Assembly (NCBI GenBank): GCA_963662665.2
Contig: CAXXJS010000020.1
Location: 1-64,000, forward strand
DNA: 64,000 nt
Direction of reading: 5' to 3'
Source: Candidatus Latescibacterota bacterium
GTDB lineage: Bacteria; Latescibacterota; UBA2968; GCA-2709665
The position numbers were made by a program, and so were the translations under genes. The stretch's first letter is position 1. Each line of letters starts with the position of its first letter. The notes under the pieces were generated by a model that did no database searches, was not told where the DNA came from, and was given only the letters and a program-made list of their open reading frames with translations. This document shows, piece by piece, positions 40,002 through 50,617 of this stretch.

Positions 40002-41510
40002 TCAAATGCTGAAATAATCCCGAATGGCATCGACGAGTCCGGCGATCCCGATCTTCCGCCCGGCGGCCTGCGCAACAACAGGAAATCCAAGACTGTGCGC
40101 AGCCTCGGCCGTTGTGGGCCCTATACAGGCGGCGGGAAGCGTCAGTGGCAGGTCCGGCATTCCAAATTGCTTGAAGAGTTCCATGCTATTTATTGCGGAA
40201 GAGGGGCTTGTAAACACTATGATGTCAACTTCCCTTTGCTTCAGACGTGCCAGGATCTTATCTGAAATTCCCGAAGGTTTCACGGTTCGGTAGACAATAA
40301 TCTCCTGCACGTACGCCCCCAGCGCGCGCAGTGCATCAGGAACAAGGCGCCGCCCCTCTTCGGCCCGGGGCATCAGCACGCGCTGCCCGGTCATTTGCAT
40401 TCGGTCGAACGCCCGTGCGAGGTCGTCGGCAGTGTGCTGACACGGGAGCAGGTCCACGCGCAGCCCGTGGCCGCGAATCCTCTCGGCGGACTTCCGGCCC
40501 ACAACGGCAATCCGGACGTTCGACAGGCTTCGCAGGCCGCCGTGCAACGTCTGCACCCGCCGGATGAATCGCTCTATAGCGTTGCCGCTTGCAAATACGA
40601 GCCAGTCGAACTGTTCCAACTCACCAATTGCGGCGTCCACTCCGACCCAATCCGGCGGCTCCGCGATCTCTATCGCCGGAGCAACCAGAACCTCCGCACC
40701 CAGTCCCGTCAACATGCCCCGCAGATCACCGAGGTGTTCCCGGCTCCGCGTGATCATGACGCGTTTTCCAAAGAGCGGCAGCCGTTCAAACCACGGAAAG
40801 TCCGACCTGGCGACTTCACCCACCACGATGGCGGCGGGGCTGGCGGCGTCCACCTCCGCAAGCGTGCCCAGCGTGCATCGGACGGTCTTCTGGCGCGGCA
40901 ACGTGCCGTCCTGTACCACCGCCACAGGCGTATCGGCCGGACGGCCTGCCCGGATCAATCTCCGGGCGACCTCCCCCCGATTTCGCACTCCCATCAACAC
41001 CACCAGTGTTCCGCCCAGACGACCCAGCGCCTGCCAGTCTACTTCCGGCAGGGCATCCAGAGATTCGCTGTGACCAGTTAAAAAAGTAACGTGGGGAGCA
41101 ATCGACCGGTGGGTGACCGGAATACCCGCGTAGGCCGGCGCTGCGATCGCGCTCGTGACTCCCGGAATCACTTCAAATGCGACGCCCGCCTGTTGCAGGG
41201 TTGCCATTTCCTCGCCACCGCGCCCGAATACGAATGGATCACCACCCTTCAGGCGCACCACGTTCAGCCCCTTCCCCGCCCGGGCGACCATGAGTCGGTT
41301 GATCCGTTCCTGCTGGCGCGTCTGCGCGCCCGGCTGTTTCCCCACGTCAATCCGTTCGCAATGCGACGGCGTTTCATCCAGCAATTCCGGATTGGCCAGG
41401 CTATCGTAGAGTATAACATCCGCTTGCCGGATGCGGCGAAGCGCTTTTATCGTTATCAGCTCGGGATCTCCCGGTCCCGAGCCAACCAGAAAAACCCTGC
41501 CTTCCGCCAT
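40002..41510 (-). CDS. cobA: Fused uroporphyrinogen-III C-methyltransferase / synthase (CobA-HemD)
   Basis: VGSGPGDPELIT, RLKGGDPFVFGRGGEE, PGVTSA; second half LFGKRV.ITR, FTSPSSA, CIGP.TA. Confidence 0.95.
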   Translation of the reverse strand: MAEGRVFLVGSGPGDPELITIKALRRIRQADVILYDSLANPELLDETPSHCERIDVGKQPGAQTRQQERINRLMVARAGKGLNVVRLKGGDPFVFGRGGEEMATLQQAGVAFEVIPGVTSAIAAPAYAGIPVTHRSIAPHVTFLTGHSESLDALPEVDWQALGRLGGTLVVLMGVRNRGEVARRLIRAGRPADTPVAVVQDGTLPRQKTVRCTLGTLAEVDAASPAAIVVGEVARSDFPWFERLPLFGKRVMITRSREHLGDLRGMLTGLGAEVLVAPAIEIAEPPDWVGVDAAIGELEQFDWLVFASGNAIERFIRRVQTLHGGLRSLSNVRIAVVGRKSAERIRGHGLRVDLLPCQHTADDLARAFDRMQMTGQRVLMPRAEEGRRLVPDALRALGAYVQEIIVYRTVKPSGISDKILARLKQREVDIIVFTSPSSAINSMELFKQFGMPDLPLTLPAACIGPTTAEAAHSLGFPVVAQAAGRKIGIAGLVDAIRDYFSI

Positions 41511-41573
41511 AATTGCCTCAAGTGGCCAGGTAACCGGCTGTCCTGTGGTTACATTTGAGAGCGAATTTCAGGC

Positions 41574-42494
41574 CTACAGGTACTCATCCAGAATTTCTCG
41601 CGCTCCGCGCACGGCCAGCAGTTCGGAAAGCCGGATGCCGACTTCAATGGATGCTTCGGGGTCTCCCGTCGTACGGGCGCGGACGACCTTGCTCCCGTCA
41701 GGGACGGCCACCAACCCGTCAGCGACGAGTAAACCTGCGTGCAACCGCGCCCATGCGCCGATGGGAACCTGGCAACTCCCGGCCAGGGCATCCAGCATGG
41801 CGCGCTCGGCACTCACGGCAAGAGACGTGGAAGAATCGTGTAAACAACCCACGGCCCGCGCCACCTTGTTGTCGCCCTGCCGGATCTGGATGCCGAGCGC
41901 GCCCTGCCCGGGAGCCGGCAAAAACCGCTCTGCGGGTAGAAACTCGCTAACCCGCTTATCCAGACCAAGCCGGCGCAGGCCCGCCGCGGCCAGTACAACC
42001 GCCTCGAACTTTCCCGCGTCCAGCTTCCGCAGCCGGGTACCGACGTTTCCGCGAATCTCTGTGATCTCAAGATCGGGTCTAATGTGCCGCAGTTGTGCCT
42101 GACGTCTCGGACTGCCAGTACCAACAACCGCACTCTCGGGCAGACCGTCCAGTGTATGACCGTTACAGCTTACCAGTGCGTCCCGGACGTCGGCGCGGGG
42201 GCTGACGGCCTCAAGTTGCAAACCCTCGGGCAGTCTGGTAGGCAGATCCTTCAAGGAATGCACTGCAACGTCGATTCTGCCACTGAGGAGCGCCTCGTCG
42301 ATTTCTCTTGTAAATACCCGCTTGCCGCCAATCTCCGCAACCGGTAGATTCGGTTCACGATCCCCACTGGTTCTGATAGCCTCGATACAGACTTCGAGAC
42401 CGGAATGCGCGCCCCGAAGCGTATTCCTTGCCCAGGCCGCCTGCCAAAGCGCCAGCGGGCTGCCGCGACTGCCGATCACAAGGCGAGTCAGCAT
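41574..42494 (-). CDS. hemC: Hydroxymethylbilane synthase
   Basis: GSRGSPLALWQA, AVHSLKDLP, IRGNVGTRL, PAPGQGAL, GSCQVPIG. Confidence 0.97.
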   Translation of the reverse strand: MLTRLVIGSRGSPLALWQAAWARNTLRGAHSGLEVCIEAIRTSGDREPNLPVAEIGGKRVFTREIDEALLSGRIDVAVHSLKDLPTRLPEGLQLEAVSPRADVRDALVSCNGHTLDGLPESAVVGTGSPRRQAQLRHIRPDLEITEIRGNVGTRLRKLDAGKFEAVVLAAAGLRRLGLDKRVSEFLPAERFLPAPGQGALGIQIRQGDNKVARAVGCLHDSSTSLAVSAERAMLDALAGSCQVPIGAWARLHAGLLVADGLVAVPDGSKVVRARTTGDPEASIEVGIRLSELLAVRGAREILDEYL

Positions 42495-43813
42495 TCGGAT
42501 TGCACCCTTTCTGCGGGTGCTTCCTCCCGGGTCGATTTCGCGATTCCGGCGGGGGTTGAGTCCAGGTCAAACAGGCGGATCAATGCGTCAACGTAATTAA
42601 GCGCCTCTCCCGAATCGGCGGCCTCCCGTAACCGAACCTGCGGTGCGTGCAACAGTTTGTTCATGTAGAGCCGCAGGAGGCCGGCCACTTTTTTCTGCTG
42701 CCCCTCCGAGAGATCCGACAATCTGGCACGTTCGAGTTCTTCGTCGAGGAGTTCCTGAAACCTCTGCCTCATCGCTACGATGGCCGGCACGACATCCAAT
42801 GAGTTCAGCCACGAAGCAAATTCCGCCACACCCTCGTCCACAATATGCCCGACCTTCTCCGCCTCACGTCTCCTTTTCTTCATGTTCGTGCCGACGACCG
42901 CCTGAAGATCGTCGATATCGTACAAAAAGACGTTGTAGAGTGATCCTGCTTCCGGGTCGATGTCTCTTGGCACTGCAATATCGATGAAGAACATCGCGTT
43001 GTTCCTGCGCTGCTGCATTGCACGCGCAACCCGGGGCCGTTGCAGAATCGGGACGGTGGCGCTGGTTGAACTGATCACGATGTCCGCCCGGTGCAGGCCG
43101 TCCATCGCCTCCGACCACGACAACGCCTTCCCGTTGACGCGTCTCGCCAGATCCCGCGCCCGGCTGAACGTCCGGCTGGACACCATCAGTCGCCCCACTC
43201 CGTTATCCACGAGATGTCTGGCGGTCAACTCGCTCATCTCCCCCGCACCCAGTACCAGAGCCGTCCTTTCGTCTAAATTGCCCAGGATCTTCTTTGCCAG
43301 CCCAACGGCCGCGAAGCTGACCGAAACCGCGCCGTCGGCGATCTCAGTTTCCGTTCGCGCACGTTTGGAGGCTTCGACGGCAGAACGAAACAACCGGTTC
43401 AGAATGGCGCCGGTTGTACCCGCTTCCAGTGCGCGTGCGCCCGCATCCTTCACCTGTCCGGCGATCTGCGGCTCACCCATAATCATCGAATCCAGGCCGG
43501 ACGCCACGCAGAGCAGATGCCGCACCGCGTCCATGTCGTTGCGGGTGAACGTATATTTGCACAACTCACCGGCGTCGATCCCGCTGATCTCGCCAAACAC
43601 GTCAATTACTTCCGCGCGGGCGGCATCGGGATCGTCCGCCACCAGGTACGCCTCGGAACGGTTGCACGTTGATATCAGACTACACTCGGCCACGTTGTCG
43701 AGCGCATGGATTCGCTCGAGGATGGAACCGTAATTCTGCTCGGAGACCGCCACACGGTCCCGGACTTCCACCGAAGCCGTTCGGTGGCTCAACCCCACCA
43801 CTACGATAGACAT
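42488..43813 (-). CDS. hemA: Glutamyl-tRNA reductase
   Basis: GLSHRTA, STCNRSE, GLDSM..GEPQI.GQVK, GAGEM, DIAVPRD. Confidence 0.97.
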   Translation of the reverse strand: MSIVVVGLSHRTASVEVRDRVAVSEQNYGSILERIHALDNVAECSLISTCNRSEAYLVADDPDAARAEVIDVFGEISGIDAGELCKYTFTRNDMDAVRHLLCVASGLDSMIMGEPQIAGQVKDAGARALEAGTTGAILNRLFRSAVEASKRARTETEIADGAVSVSFAAVGLAKKILGNLDERTALVLGAGEMSELTARHLVDNGVGRLMVSSRTFSRARDLARRVNGKALSWSEAMDGLHRADIVISSTSATVPILQRPRVARAMQQRRNNAMFFIDIAVPRDIDPEAGSLYNVFLYDIDDLQAVVGTNMKKRRREAEKVGHIVDEGVAEFASWLNSLDVVPAIVAMRQRFQELLDEELERARLSDLSEGQQKKVAGLLRLYMNKLLHAPQVRLREAADSGEALNYVDALIRLFDLDSTPAGIAKSTREEAPAERVQSEC

Positions 43814-44442
43814 GCCCGTACTCTCTTGTCGAGCTCGTCCCAACGTTCCCGTCGGACCAGGTCTACCGTCTCCCAGTTCACAAGACGATCCCATACGGCC
43901 TTTCGTCGGGCGGGACTCTCGGGAAACCTGGCCATCACCCGCGGACGCAACCGGGCCAGATAGTCCACTACGCTTCCATGTTCCCGCCCCAGAACATCCT
44001 CGAGATGCCGCGCTACCATTCGCGCGTAGGCAGGGCTAGCTCCTGCGGTCGAAACCGCCACCTGCAATCCTCCGCGACGCAGTGCAGATGGAACGGCAAA
44101 ATCCCCCGGACTCTTTCCGTCCGAGCGATTGACCGGAATCCCGTTCTGCCGTGCGGCAAGCATGACCTCTTGATTAACGGGTCTCCGATCGGTCGTCGCG
44201 AAGACCAGCGCCGCGCCCGCGACGTCGCCGACCTGAAACTCACGGCGCTCCAGGCGAATACGACCCGCGGCAGCCAGTCCATCCAGCGAATCCGTTACTT
44301 CAGGCGCTATCACCGACACGCGTGCGCCGGCGGCGAGCAGGCCGCGTACTTTCCGTTCGGCAACGGATCCACCGCCGACGACGACACATTTCCTGTTCCG
44401 TAAATCCAGAAAGATAGGGTATTCGACCCTTTGGCCGGCCAT
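43801..44442 (-). CDS. Precorrin-2 dehydrogenase / sirohydrochlorin ferrochelatase (CysG N-terminal, SirC/Met8-like)
   Basis: YPIFLDL, VVGGGSVAERKV..LL, ATTD, DF.VP, VST.GASP. Confidence 0.92.
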   Translation of the reverse strand: MAGQRVEYPIFLDLRNRKCVVVGGGSVAERKVRGLLAAGARVSVIAPEVTDSLDGLAAAGRIRLERREFQVGDVAGAALVFATTDRRPVNQEVMLAARQNGIPVNRSDGKSPGDFAVPSALRRGGLQVAVSTAGASPAYARMVARHLEDVLGREHGSVVDYLARLRPRVMARFPESPARRKAVWDRLVNWETVDLVRRERWDELDKRVRACLS

Positions 44443-44462
44443 ATGAACTCACATACATCAAC

Positions 44463-45290
44463 CTACTGTGCCAGAACGTGCTTCCCGGGAAATAGCAACC
44501 CCATCACGGGGAATGTGAACACCACGAGAACAAACCCGAGAATTGACATGAATGCCGCCCGCTTTCCCTGCCATCCGGCGACCCGCCGGGCTGCCAGGTG
44601 TCCGGCATAGACGACCCACGTCACCAGCAGGATCCAGAACGCGGGTTCGCTCCAGATCCAGAGCGTGTACATCTTCTGGTGGACCCAAACGGAACTCGCC
44701 ACGATACCCGCCGTCAGGAAAACAAAACCGAACGATGCCGCTCGGTTGTTGGTCTGGTCGAGGGTATCCAGCGGCGGCAGGCGTTCGTAGAAAAAGCCCA
44801 GGTGCTTTTTCTGAATCTCCCCCAGCAGCATCACGTACATCGATGCGCTGACACTGGAGATTGCAAACGCCGCATAGGCCAGAATGTAGGCGAACACGTG
44901 AAGTTTGAACCAGCCGCCCGCGTGCGCCACTCCGGGCGCCTCTACTACACCCATAAGATTCGAAGCGGCAACAAGGTGCAACACCGCCACGATCGGAACG
45001 ACAAGTGCGCCGAGCGACCCGCGACACGTGCCGAATTCCAGGTAGAAAAAGACAATAACAACGAGCCAGGCGCATAAGGACGGCAGCACCTGGCTGGTCA
45101 AAGGAACCTGTCCCGTTGAAAGACCCAATCTGGCCAGCAACGCACTGTGCAACACCCAGCCCGCAACGAGACACCAAAAACCGAGGGCGCCCCCGAGGGC
45201 CTGCTTACGAATAAAATGTGCGGCGTACGCACACGCACTGACAACGTAGGCCGCGCCTGTACTCATCACCAGCAGATTTTGCAAGCCCAT
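44463..45290 (-). CDS. Cytochrome c assembly family (CcsA/HemX-like) membrane protein
   Basis: About 8 TM segments, HV.AYILAY, LPPLDTLD, GF.FLT.G...W, GW.GKRAA; first gene of the hem operon. Confidence 0.85.
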   Translation of the reverse strand: MGLQNLLVMSTGAAYVVSACAYAAHFIRKQALGGALGFWCLVAGWVLHSALLARLGLSTGQVPLTSQVLPSLCAWLVVIVFFYLEFGTCRGSLGALVVPIVAVLHLVAASNLMGVVEAPGVAHAGGWFKLHVFAYILAYAAFAISSVSASMYVMLLGEIQKKHLGFFYERLPPLDTLDQTNNRAASFGFVFLTAGIVASSVWVHQKMYTLWIWSEPAFWILLVTWVVYAGHLAARRVAGWQGKRAAFMSILGFVLVVFTFPVMGLLFPGKHVLAQ

Positions 45291-45438
45291 AGTATGGGTC
45301 TCCGACGTGTCACCGCGCGTAGAACTGAACTCCGGCCCCCACGCCGTCCGGGCCGATGACGGCGCCGTCCGACCTACCAGTCCGTTGATCCGGCTATTTC
45401 CGACCGGACTCCGATAGGGTCGGTGGAGCCAATTAAAC

Positions 45439-46638
45439 TTACATAAACCCATCCGCCGAATCAATTGAAATCCCACATCTTCCACCCGGTGCAACCACGC
45501 CGAGTACCACGGGTTTGGAGGCTCCCGTCGCACCGGGCAGATTGCCGGACCGGCCTTCCACCGTTGCATTGGCCAGCACAGCAAAGGCAATCGCTTCTTT
45601 AGCGTCGGACGGCACGCCAAACGCATCCGTCTGACAGACGTCCAGCCCCGGGAGCGCACCACGCAGCATTTCCATAATTACCGGATTTCGACAGCCGCCG
45701 CCGCTGACTGCCATTCTACCGATAGAGCTGACCGGAAGGACAAACCGTTTCAACGCATCCGCAATACTTCGTGCCGTAAACGCGGTTGCGGTGGCGATCA
45801 GGTCTTCATCCGGTACGCGTCCCCGCCAGGTCAGAATGTTCTGAACCGGCGATGCGCCGAACGTCTCCCTTCCGGTCGATTTTGGCGGCGCCTTCTTCAG
45901 AAAGGGATGCCGCATCATTTCCGCCAAAAGGGATTCGGACACTTCGCCGGAAGCAGCGAGCGAACCGCCCGCGTCGTACGCCAGGCGGCCACCAGTCAGT
46001 ACACCCGCCAGCGCGTCCAGCATCATGTTTCCAGGGCCCGTATCAAACGCTATGACATCTTCCCGATCACAACCTGCGGGCAGCACGGTAACGTTTGAGA
46101 TTCCGCCGATATTCAATAACACCCGACCCTCCCGCCGCGACCGGAACAGCAGATAGTCCACTAGCGGGACCAGCGGCGCCCCCTGTCCTCCGGCCGCCAG
46201 ATCGCGCGCGCGAAAATCCGCCACCGTGGTCACCCCGGTTCGCTCGGCGATCACACACGGGTCGGCGATTTGCAGTGAGGATCGAGTCACCACCCCGAAC
46301 GCGCTGTATGCTTCCGGAAGGTGGTGGACCGTCTGTCCGTGCGACCCGATGAGATCCACGTTCGTCATCTCGACGCCGGCCTTCCGGCACACCGCTAATG
46401 CCGCCCTTGCAAACCACTCTCCGAGTACGACATGCAGCCTGCAAATCTTGTCCAAATTTCCACTCTCGGCTTCCGATACCTCCAGAATCTCCCGCCGCAA
46501 ATCCGGAGGGTACGGCAAGCCGGAAAACTCGACCAGCCGAAACCTGGTTTCCGTAAGCCCAACCTCCACGAGAGCCGCATCGACGCCGTCCGCAGACGTA
46601 CCCGACATCAGGCCGATCACCCTGCGAAACGCGTTCAC
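45439..46638 (-). CDS. anmK: Anhydro-N-acetylmuramic acid kinase
   Basis: IGLMSGTSADGVD, SHGQTV.H, DFR..D.AAGGQGAPLVP, NIGGISN, FDTGPGN, PPKSTGRE, KEA.AFA. Confidence 0.97.
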   Translation of the reverse strand: MNAFRRVIGLMSGTSADGVDAALVEVGLTETRFRLVEFSGLPYPPDLRREILEVSEAESGNLDKICRLHVVLGEWFARAALAVCRKAGVEMTNVDLIGSHGQTVHHLPEAYSAFGVVTRSSLQIADPCVIAERTGVTTVADFRARDLAAGGQGAPLVPLVDYLLFRSRREGRVLLNIGGISNVTVLPAGCDREDVIAFDTGPGNMMLDALAGVLTGGRLAYDAGGSLAASGEVSESLLAEMMRHPFLKKAPPKSTGRETFGASPVQNILTWRGRVPDEDLIATATAFTARSIADALKRFVLPVSSIGRMAVSGGGCRNPVIMEMLRGALPGLDVCQTDAFGVPSDAKEAIAFAVLANATVEGRSGNLPGATGASKPVVLGVVAPGGRCGISIDSADGFM

Positions 46639-46888
46639 GCGTTACCTCCTCTTCCTGTTGGTATCGCCCGAATGCATAGACATCCATCCGGACGTGACAT
46701 CTAATGTAACCGTATGAAAGACAATGCAGACCTTCGTGTGTCGACCCCACGGTTTCTTTCAAAGGTGGAACGTCGGCCGACGTCATCGTTCTTTAACCAC
46801 TTTGAACGAAGTTTCCGTTGGCGGGAAAGAAGGGGGCATTCCTGATACGCTTTGCGAATGACACCAGTCCAGCAAAGGCATCACCCGT

Positions 46889-47944
46889 TCATCGCCGACG
46901 TCTGCGGCAATAGAGGTCCGATGCCTTACGTACACCCGTCACGAAATATCTGAAACCGATCACACCCCGGTACAGGTTCCCGACGATCTTTGCGTCCGTG
47001 ACCGTACGCACCCGTTGCGCGTCTCTTCTTCGACGGAGAATCGACACCGGATGAAACATCACCCAGCACAGGCCGCACAGCGCCGCAGCCGGACGCTTCC
47101 AGTCGCGCTTCGCGACTCCGAGCAGCACGGTGGCCAGTTCCATGAGGACCCGTGTCGGGAATACCCAGGCCAGCGACTGAGCCGACAGGTTCTTTAACAC
47201 CATAACCAGTTGATTGCGATGGTTCAGGTACGCCTTCCGGAAACCGTGCACATCCAGGGTCCAGCCGCCGTAGTGATAGACCATGGACTCAGGAACCGAA
47301 ATCACCCGGAACCCTGCGAGATGGAATCGCCAGCAAAGGTCAATTTCCTCCATATGCATATAGAATGCTTCGTCCATGAATCCGGTTTCCCGCAGGCATC
47401 GTATGCGCAGGAACATCGCGCCTCCTACCGCCCAGAATATTTCTCGAGAACGATCGTACTGGCCCCGGTCGACCTCGACCGTTTCGAACAACCGTCCCAG
47501 ACAGAACGTGTATCCAAGCAAGTCCATCATCCCGCCCGCTGCGCCTCCGTAGTCGAATTTCTCGCGTTGGCGCAGTGACCTTACCTTGGGTTGGCAGACG
47601 CCTATCCGCGGGTCGGCCTTCATTGCGGCCACCAGCGGAGGCAACCAGTCTTCCGCGACTTCAACGTCGTTATTCAACAACATCGCGAATTCACCGCGGG
47701 CGACCTCCAGCCCCCGGTTACACCCGGCACCCATCCCCTTCCCGCCGCCTGCGCCCACGACCCGAATTCCGGGAAACCGCGCCTGCGCCCGCTGCAAGCT
47801 TCCGTCGTCGTACGGCCTGTCGTCGGCGACGATGACCTCGAACGACACGCCGATTGTTCTTGCGTAAAGGAAATCCAGGCACTTGAGAAGTACGTCACCC
47901 AGAAAATGCGGCACGATCACGGACACAAGGGGCTCAGGGACCAT
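46889..47944 (-). CDS. Glycosyltransferase family 2 (WbbL-like)
   Basis: VSVIVP, VIVADD, N.G, LLNNDVE, FDYGGAAGG..D.LGY.FC.GR, EEIDLCWR. Confidence 0.9.
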   Translation of the reverse strand: MVPEPLVSVIVPHFLGDVLLKCLDFLYARTIGVSFEVIVADDRPYDDGSLQRAQARFPGIRVVGAGGGKGMGAGCNRGLEVARGEFAMLLNNDVEVAEDWLPPLVAAMKADPRIGVCQPKVRSLRQREKFDYGGAAGGMMDLLGYTFCLGRLFETVEVDRGQYDRSREIFWAVGGAMFLRIRCLRETGFMDEAFYMHMEEIDLCWRFHLAGFRVISVPESMVYHYGGWTLDVHGFRKAYLNHRNQLVMVLKNLSAQSLAWVFPTRVLMELATVLLGVAKRDWKRPAAALCGLCWVMFHPVSILRRRRDAQRVRTVTDAKIVGNLYRGVIGFRYFVTGVRKASDLYCRRRRR

Positions 47945-50399
47945 CGTCAGCCTCCTGACGTTTGATCCTCTGGCGCAATGTCTCCAGTGCTCGCGCCACC
48001 TCACGGTCTCCTGGGGTCATCCGCAGGAGGGACTCCAGGTCGGCGGCGGCGCCGGAGAGGTCACCAGTTCGTTCTCTGGACGCGGCCCGATTGAACAACG
48101 CCCGTTCGACTCTTATGTTTTTTTCGATCATCCTGTCATAAAGCGTTATTGCGGCATCGTACCGGCCAATTTGCATCTGCAGTTCCGCCACGGTGCCCAG
48201 ACGCGTCTCTTCGCCGATCAGGTTTGAATCCAGGACTCGATTCAGCAGTCGCTGGGTATCTTCCGGTCGTTCCAATCGATTCATTAACGACGCCATCAAC
48301 CCAAAACCCTGCCAGTGCTCCGGCGGCAGCGCCCGCTCCTCGCAGAATCGCAAGACCTCATAAGCGCCTTCCCGGTCGCCTCCTTCGGTCAATACTTCCG
48401 CGAGGTGAAGGAAGACCGCCGGATAGTTGGCGAGCAGGTTCCGTGCGGTACGGTTACGATGCACGGCAGGGTCCGCGACGCCCCGGTACAGATAGAGTTC
48501 CAGTAAGTGCTTCCTGGTCTTTTGAACGTGAATCGGTAAAGCCTTACGCTGCTTCAGCCGAAACACCATGCCCTCCATCTCAAGGTAATCACGCAGTCCC
48601 GCCCTGTTTTGTTCAGGAACCGTCAGCGCGAAATATACCGGTCTTTCCCACTCGTTCCAATCGACAATCTTTAGAACCATAACGTCCTGTACACGCAACA
48701 CGTTGCCCGGACTGCCCGGAATCGTCCATTTCAGCCCGGCCGCATGTACCGCGCGGTCATCCGGCCAGAATCGCCCGGACTGTATCACCGCCGCCCGCGT
48801 ATGAACCGTAAGTACCCGATCGATATAATCGTCCGTATATCGGATGGGAATCCCGGGGTCCAGATCGCGCAACTGCTTTATATACCAGGACGTATTGAGC
48901 AGACTGAGGTTTACCACGCGCACGTCCTTCCGGAGACCCATCACCTCCTGCTGGAACCAGAGAGGGAAGCTGTCGTTATCCGCGTTGGTAAACAGAATCG
49001 CGTTAGGGTCGCAGGAATTCAGAATATTTGCGGCATAGTCATACGCGAACCGGTTACCGGTCCGGTCGTGTTCCGGGTAATGAGTTGCAGCCAATCCTCC
49101 CGGCATCGCCAGAAGAAGGAAGGCGGCGACAACCGCGGGACTCCTGCCGCGAAACCCTGACGCCACGCGCATAACCACCGACGCCGCGATGCCGATCCAA
49201 ACGGCGAACAATCCGAAGGAGCCCACGAACACGTAGTCGCGCTCCCTTGGCTGCGGGTCCTCCATGTTGAGATAAATCGAAAGCCCGATGCCAGAGAGCA
49301 CGAAGAGCGCTGCAATTGCCCCGAAACGCCGGCGGTCCCGTCGCCAGTGTTCCCACATGCCCCAGCAGCCCAGGAGATAGGGGACGAATGAAATATGTAC
49401 GAACTGTACGTCGTGAGACGTCGCCTGTCGAAAGGCGTCTGAAACAAATCGCAGTCCCGGCACCGGAAACTGCGAGAGCAAGTATTTAAGATACATCGTC
49501 CAAATCTGGAAATCCCAGAATTGCGCCTTGCGGTCGAATACGCCAAGCAGCATACTTTCCGATCCGTATTGTTCGCGGCCCAGAAATCTGATGAAATTGG
49601 CCCACGTTTCCGGATTGTTCTCGTCGATCATGGGATTCAACCCCGACCGGATGTAGAGTGAGAGGTAGGTTGAATACCCCGCAACAAACAGGAAAATCGC
49701 ACACGCCCAGGTCCGCGGATCCCGCAAGACTTCCGGCTTCCGGAACCAGATCAACATCAGCAGCGTGGGAACGGTCAACAGGCAAAGCAGATGAACGCCG
49801 CCCGCGAGTCCCATCAGATAGGCGATAAAAAAAAGTATCCGTCTGCTATTCGCGTCTCCCGCGCGTTCCATCCATTTCAACCCCAGCCATAGCGTCAGCA
49901 CCATCAGCATCGCGGAAAACCCGTACACCTCGGTCTCCACGGCATTGTACCAGAAGGTATCCGAAAACGCCAGCATCAACGCAGCTACCACGCCGCCGAC
50001 CACACCCGGTACTGGTGCTGGGTTCCTCTCACCGTCACCCCAACCCAGCCGGATGAGACGTACGGTTATCAGATATACGAACAGCACCGCAAGCGCGCTT
50101 GTAATCGCCGAGATGAGGTTCATCGGGAACGCGGGATCGTCTCCCAGCGGCAACATGGTAAACAGACGTCCGACCAGCAGATACAGCGGCGCGCCCGGGG
50201 GGTGGGGAATACCCAGGGTAAACGCGCAGGCGATAAACTCGCCGGAGTCCCAGAACGACACGGTCGGCGCCGCCGTCTTGATAAACACCGCAAGCGAAAT
50301 CAGAAACACCCCGACGGCGCAAGTACCAACAAGGCCGCATACGCCTGCCGGATCCTTCTTTTTGGATTCACCGAATCGCGAATCGCCCGATTTATTCAT
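47934..50399 (-). CDS. DUF2723 (TMEM260-like GT-C) membrane protein with C-terminal TPRs
   Basis: APTVSFWDSGEF..LGIPHPPGAP, FW.NAVETEVY, REQYG, RERDY, DND.FPLW.QEV.G.R.DV.VVNLSLL. Confidence 0.88.
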   Translation of the reverse strand: MNKSGDSRFGESKKKDPAGVCGLVGTCAVGVFLISLAVFIKTAAPTVSFWDSGEFIACAFTLGIPHPPGAPLYLLVGRLFTMLPLGDDPAFPMNLISAITSALAVLFVYLITVRLIRLGWGDGERNPAPVPGVVGGVVAALMLAFSDTFWYNAVETEVYGFSAMLMVLTLWLGLKWMERAGDANSRRILFFIAYLMGLAGGVHLLCLLTVPTLLMLIWFRKPEVLRDPRTWACAIFLFVAGYSTYLSLYIRSGLNPMIDENNPETWANFIRFLGREQYGSESMLLGVFDRKAQFWDFQIWTMYLKYLLSQFPVPGLRFVSDAFRQATSHDVQFVHISFVPYLLGCWGMWEHWRRDRRRFGAIAALFVLSGIGLSIYLNMEDPQPRERDYVFVGSFGLFAVWIGIAASVVMRVASGFRGRSPAVVAAFLLLAMPGGLAATHYPEHDRTGNRFAYDYAANILNSCDPNAILFTNADNDSFPLWFQQEVMGLRKDVRVVNLSLLNTSWYIKQLRDLDPGIPIRYTDDYIDRVLTVHTRAAVIQSGRFWPDDRAVHAAGLKWTIPGSPGNVLRVQDVMVLKIVDWNEWERPVYFALTVPEQNRAGLRDYLEMEGMVFRLKQRKALPIHVQKTRKHLLELYLYRGVADPAVHRNRTARNLLANYPAVFLHLAEVLTEGGDREGAYEVLRFCEERALPPEHWQGFGLMASLMNRLERPEDTQRLLNRVLDSNLIGEETRLGTVAELQMQIGRYDAAITLYDRMIEKNIRVERALFNRAASRERTGDLSGAAADLESLLRMTPGDREVARALETLRQRIKRQEADDGP

Positions 50400-50617
50400 A
50401 TTGATCGCTCAGATTTCGAATTCTGTCAATTCGCGCGCGAAATCCAATTCTCCCGACGTCAACGACACGCGACCGGATAAACAGTGAATTTCGACCGGAT
50501 GCCGGGAGCCAGAGGCAGTTCCAATGTCCAACGCCTTCACCAGCAACCCGTCATACCGTTCTCGCGGACGCACCGGAAACCCGTCCCGTCCATCAGACGC
50601 CCTGAGATGGCCAGGGC

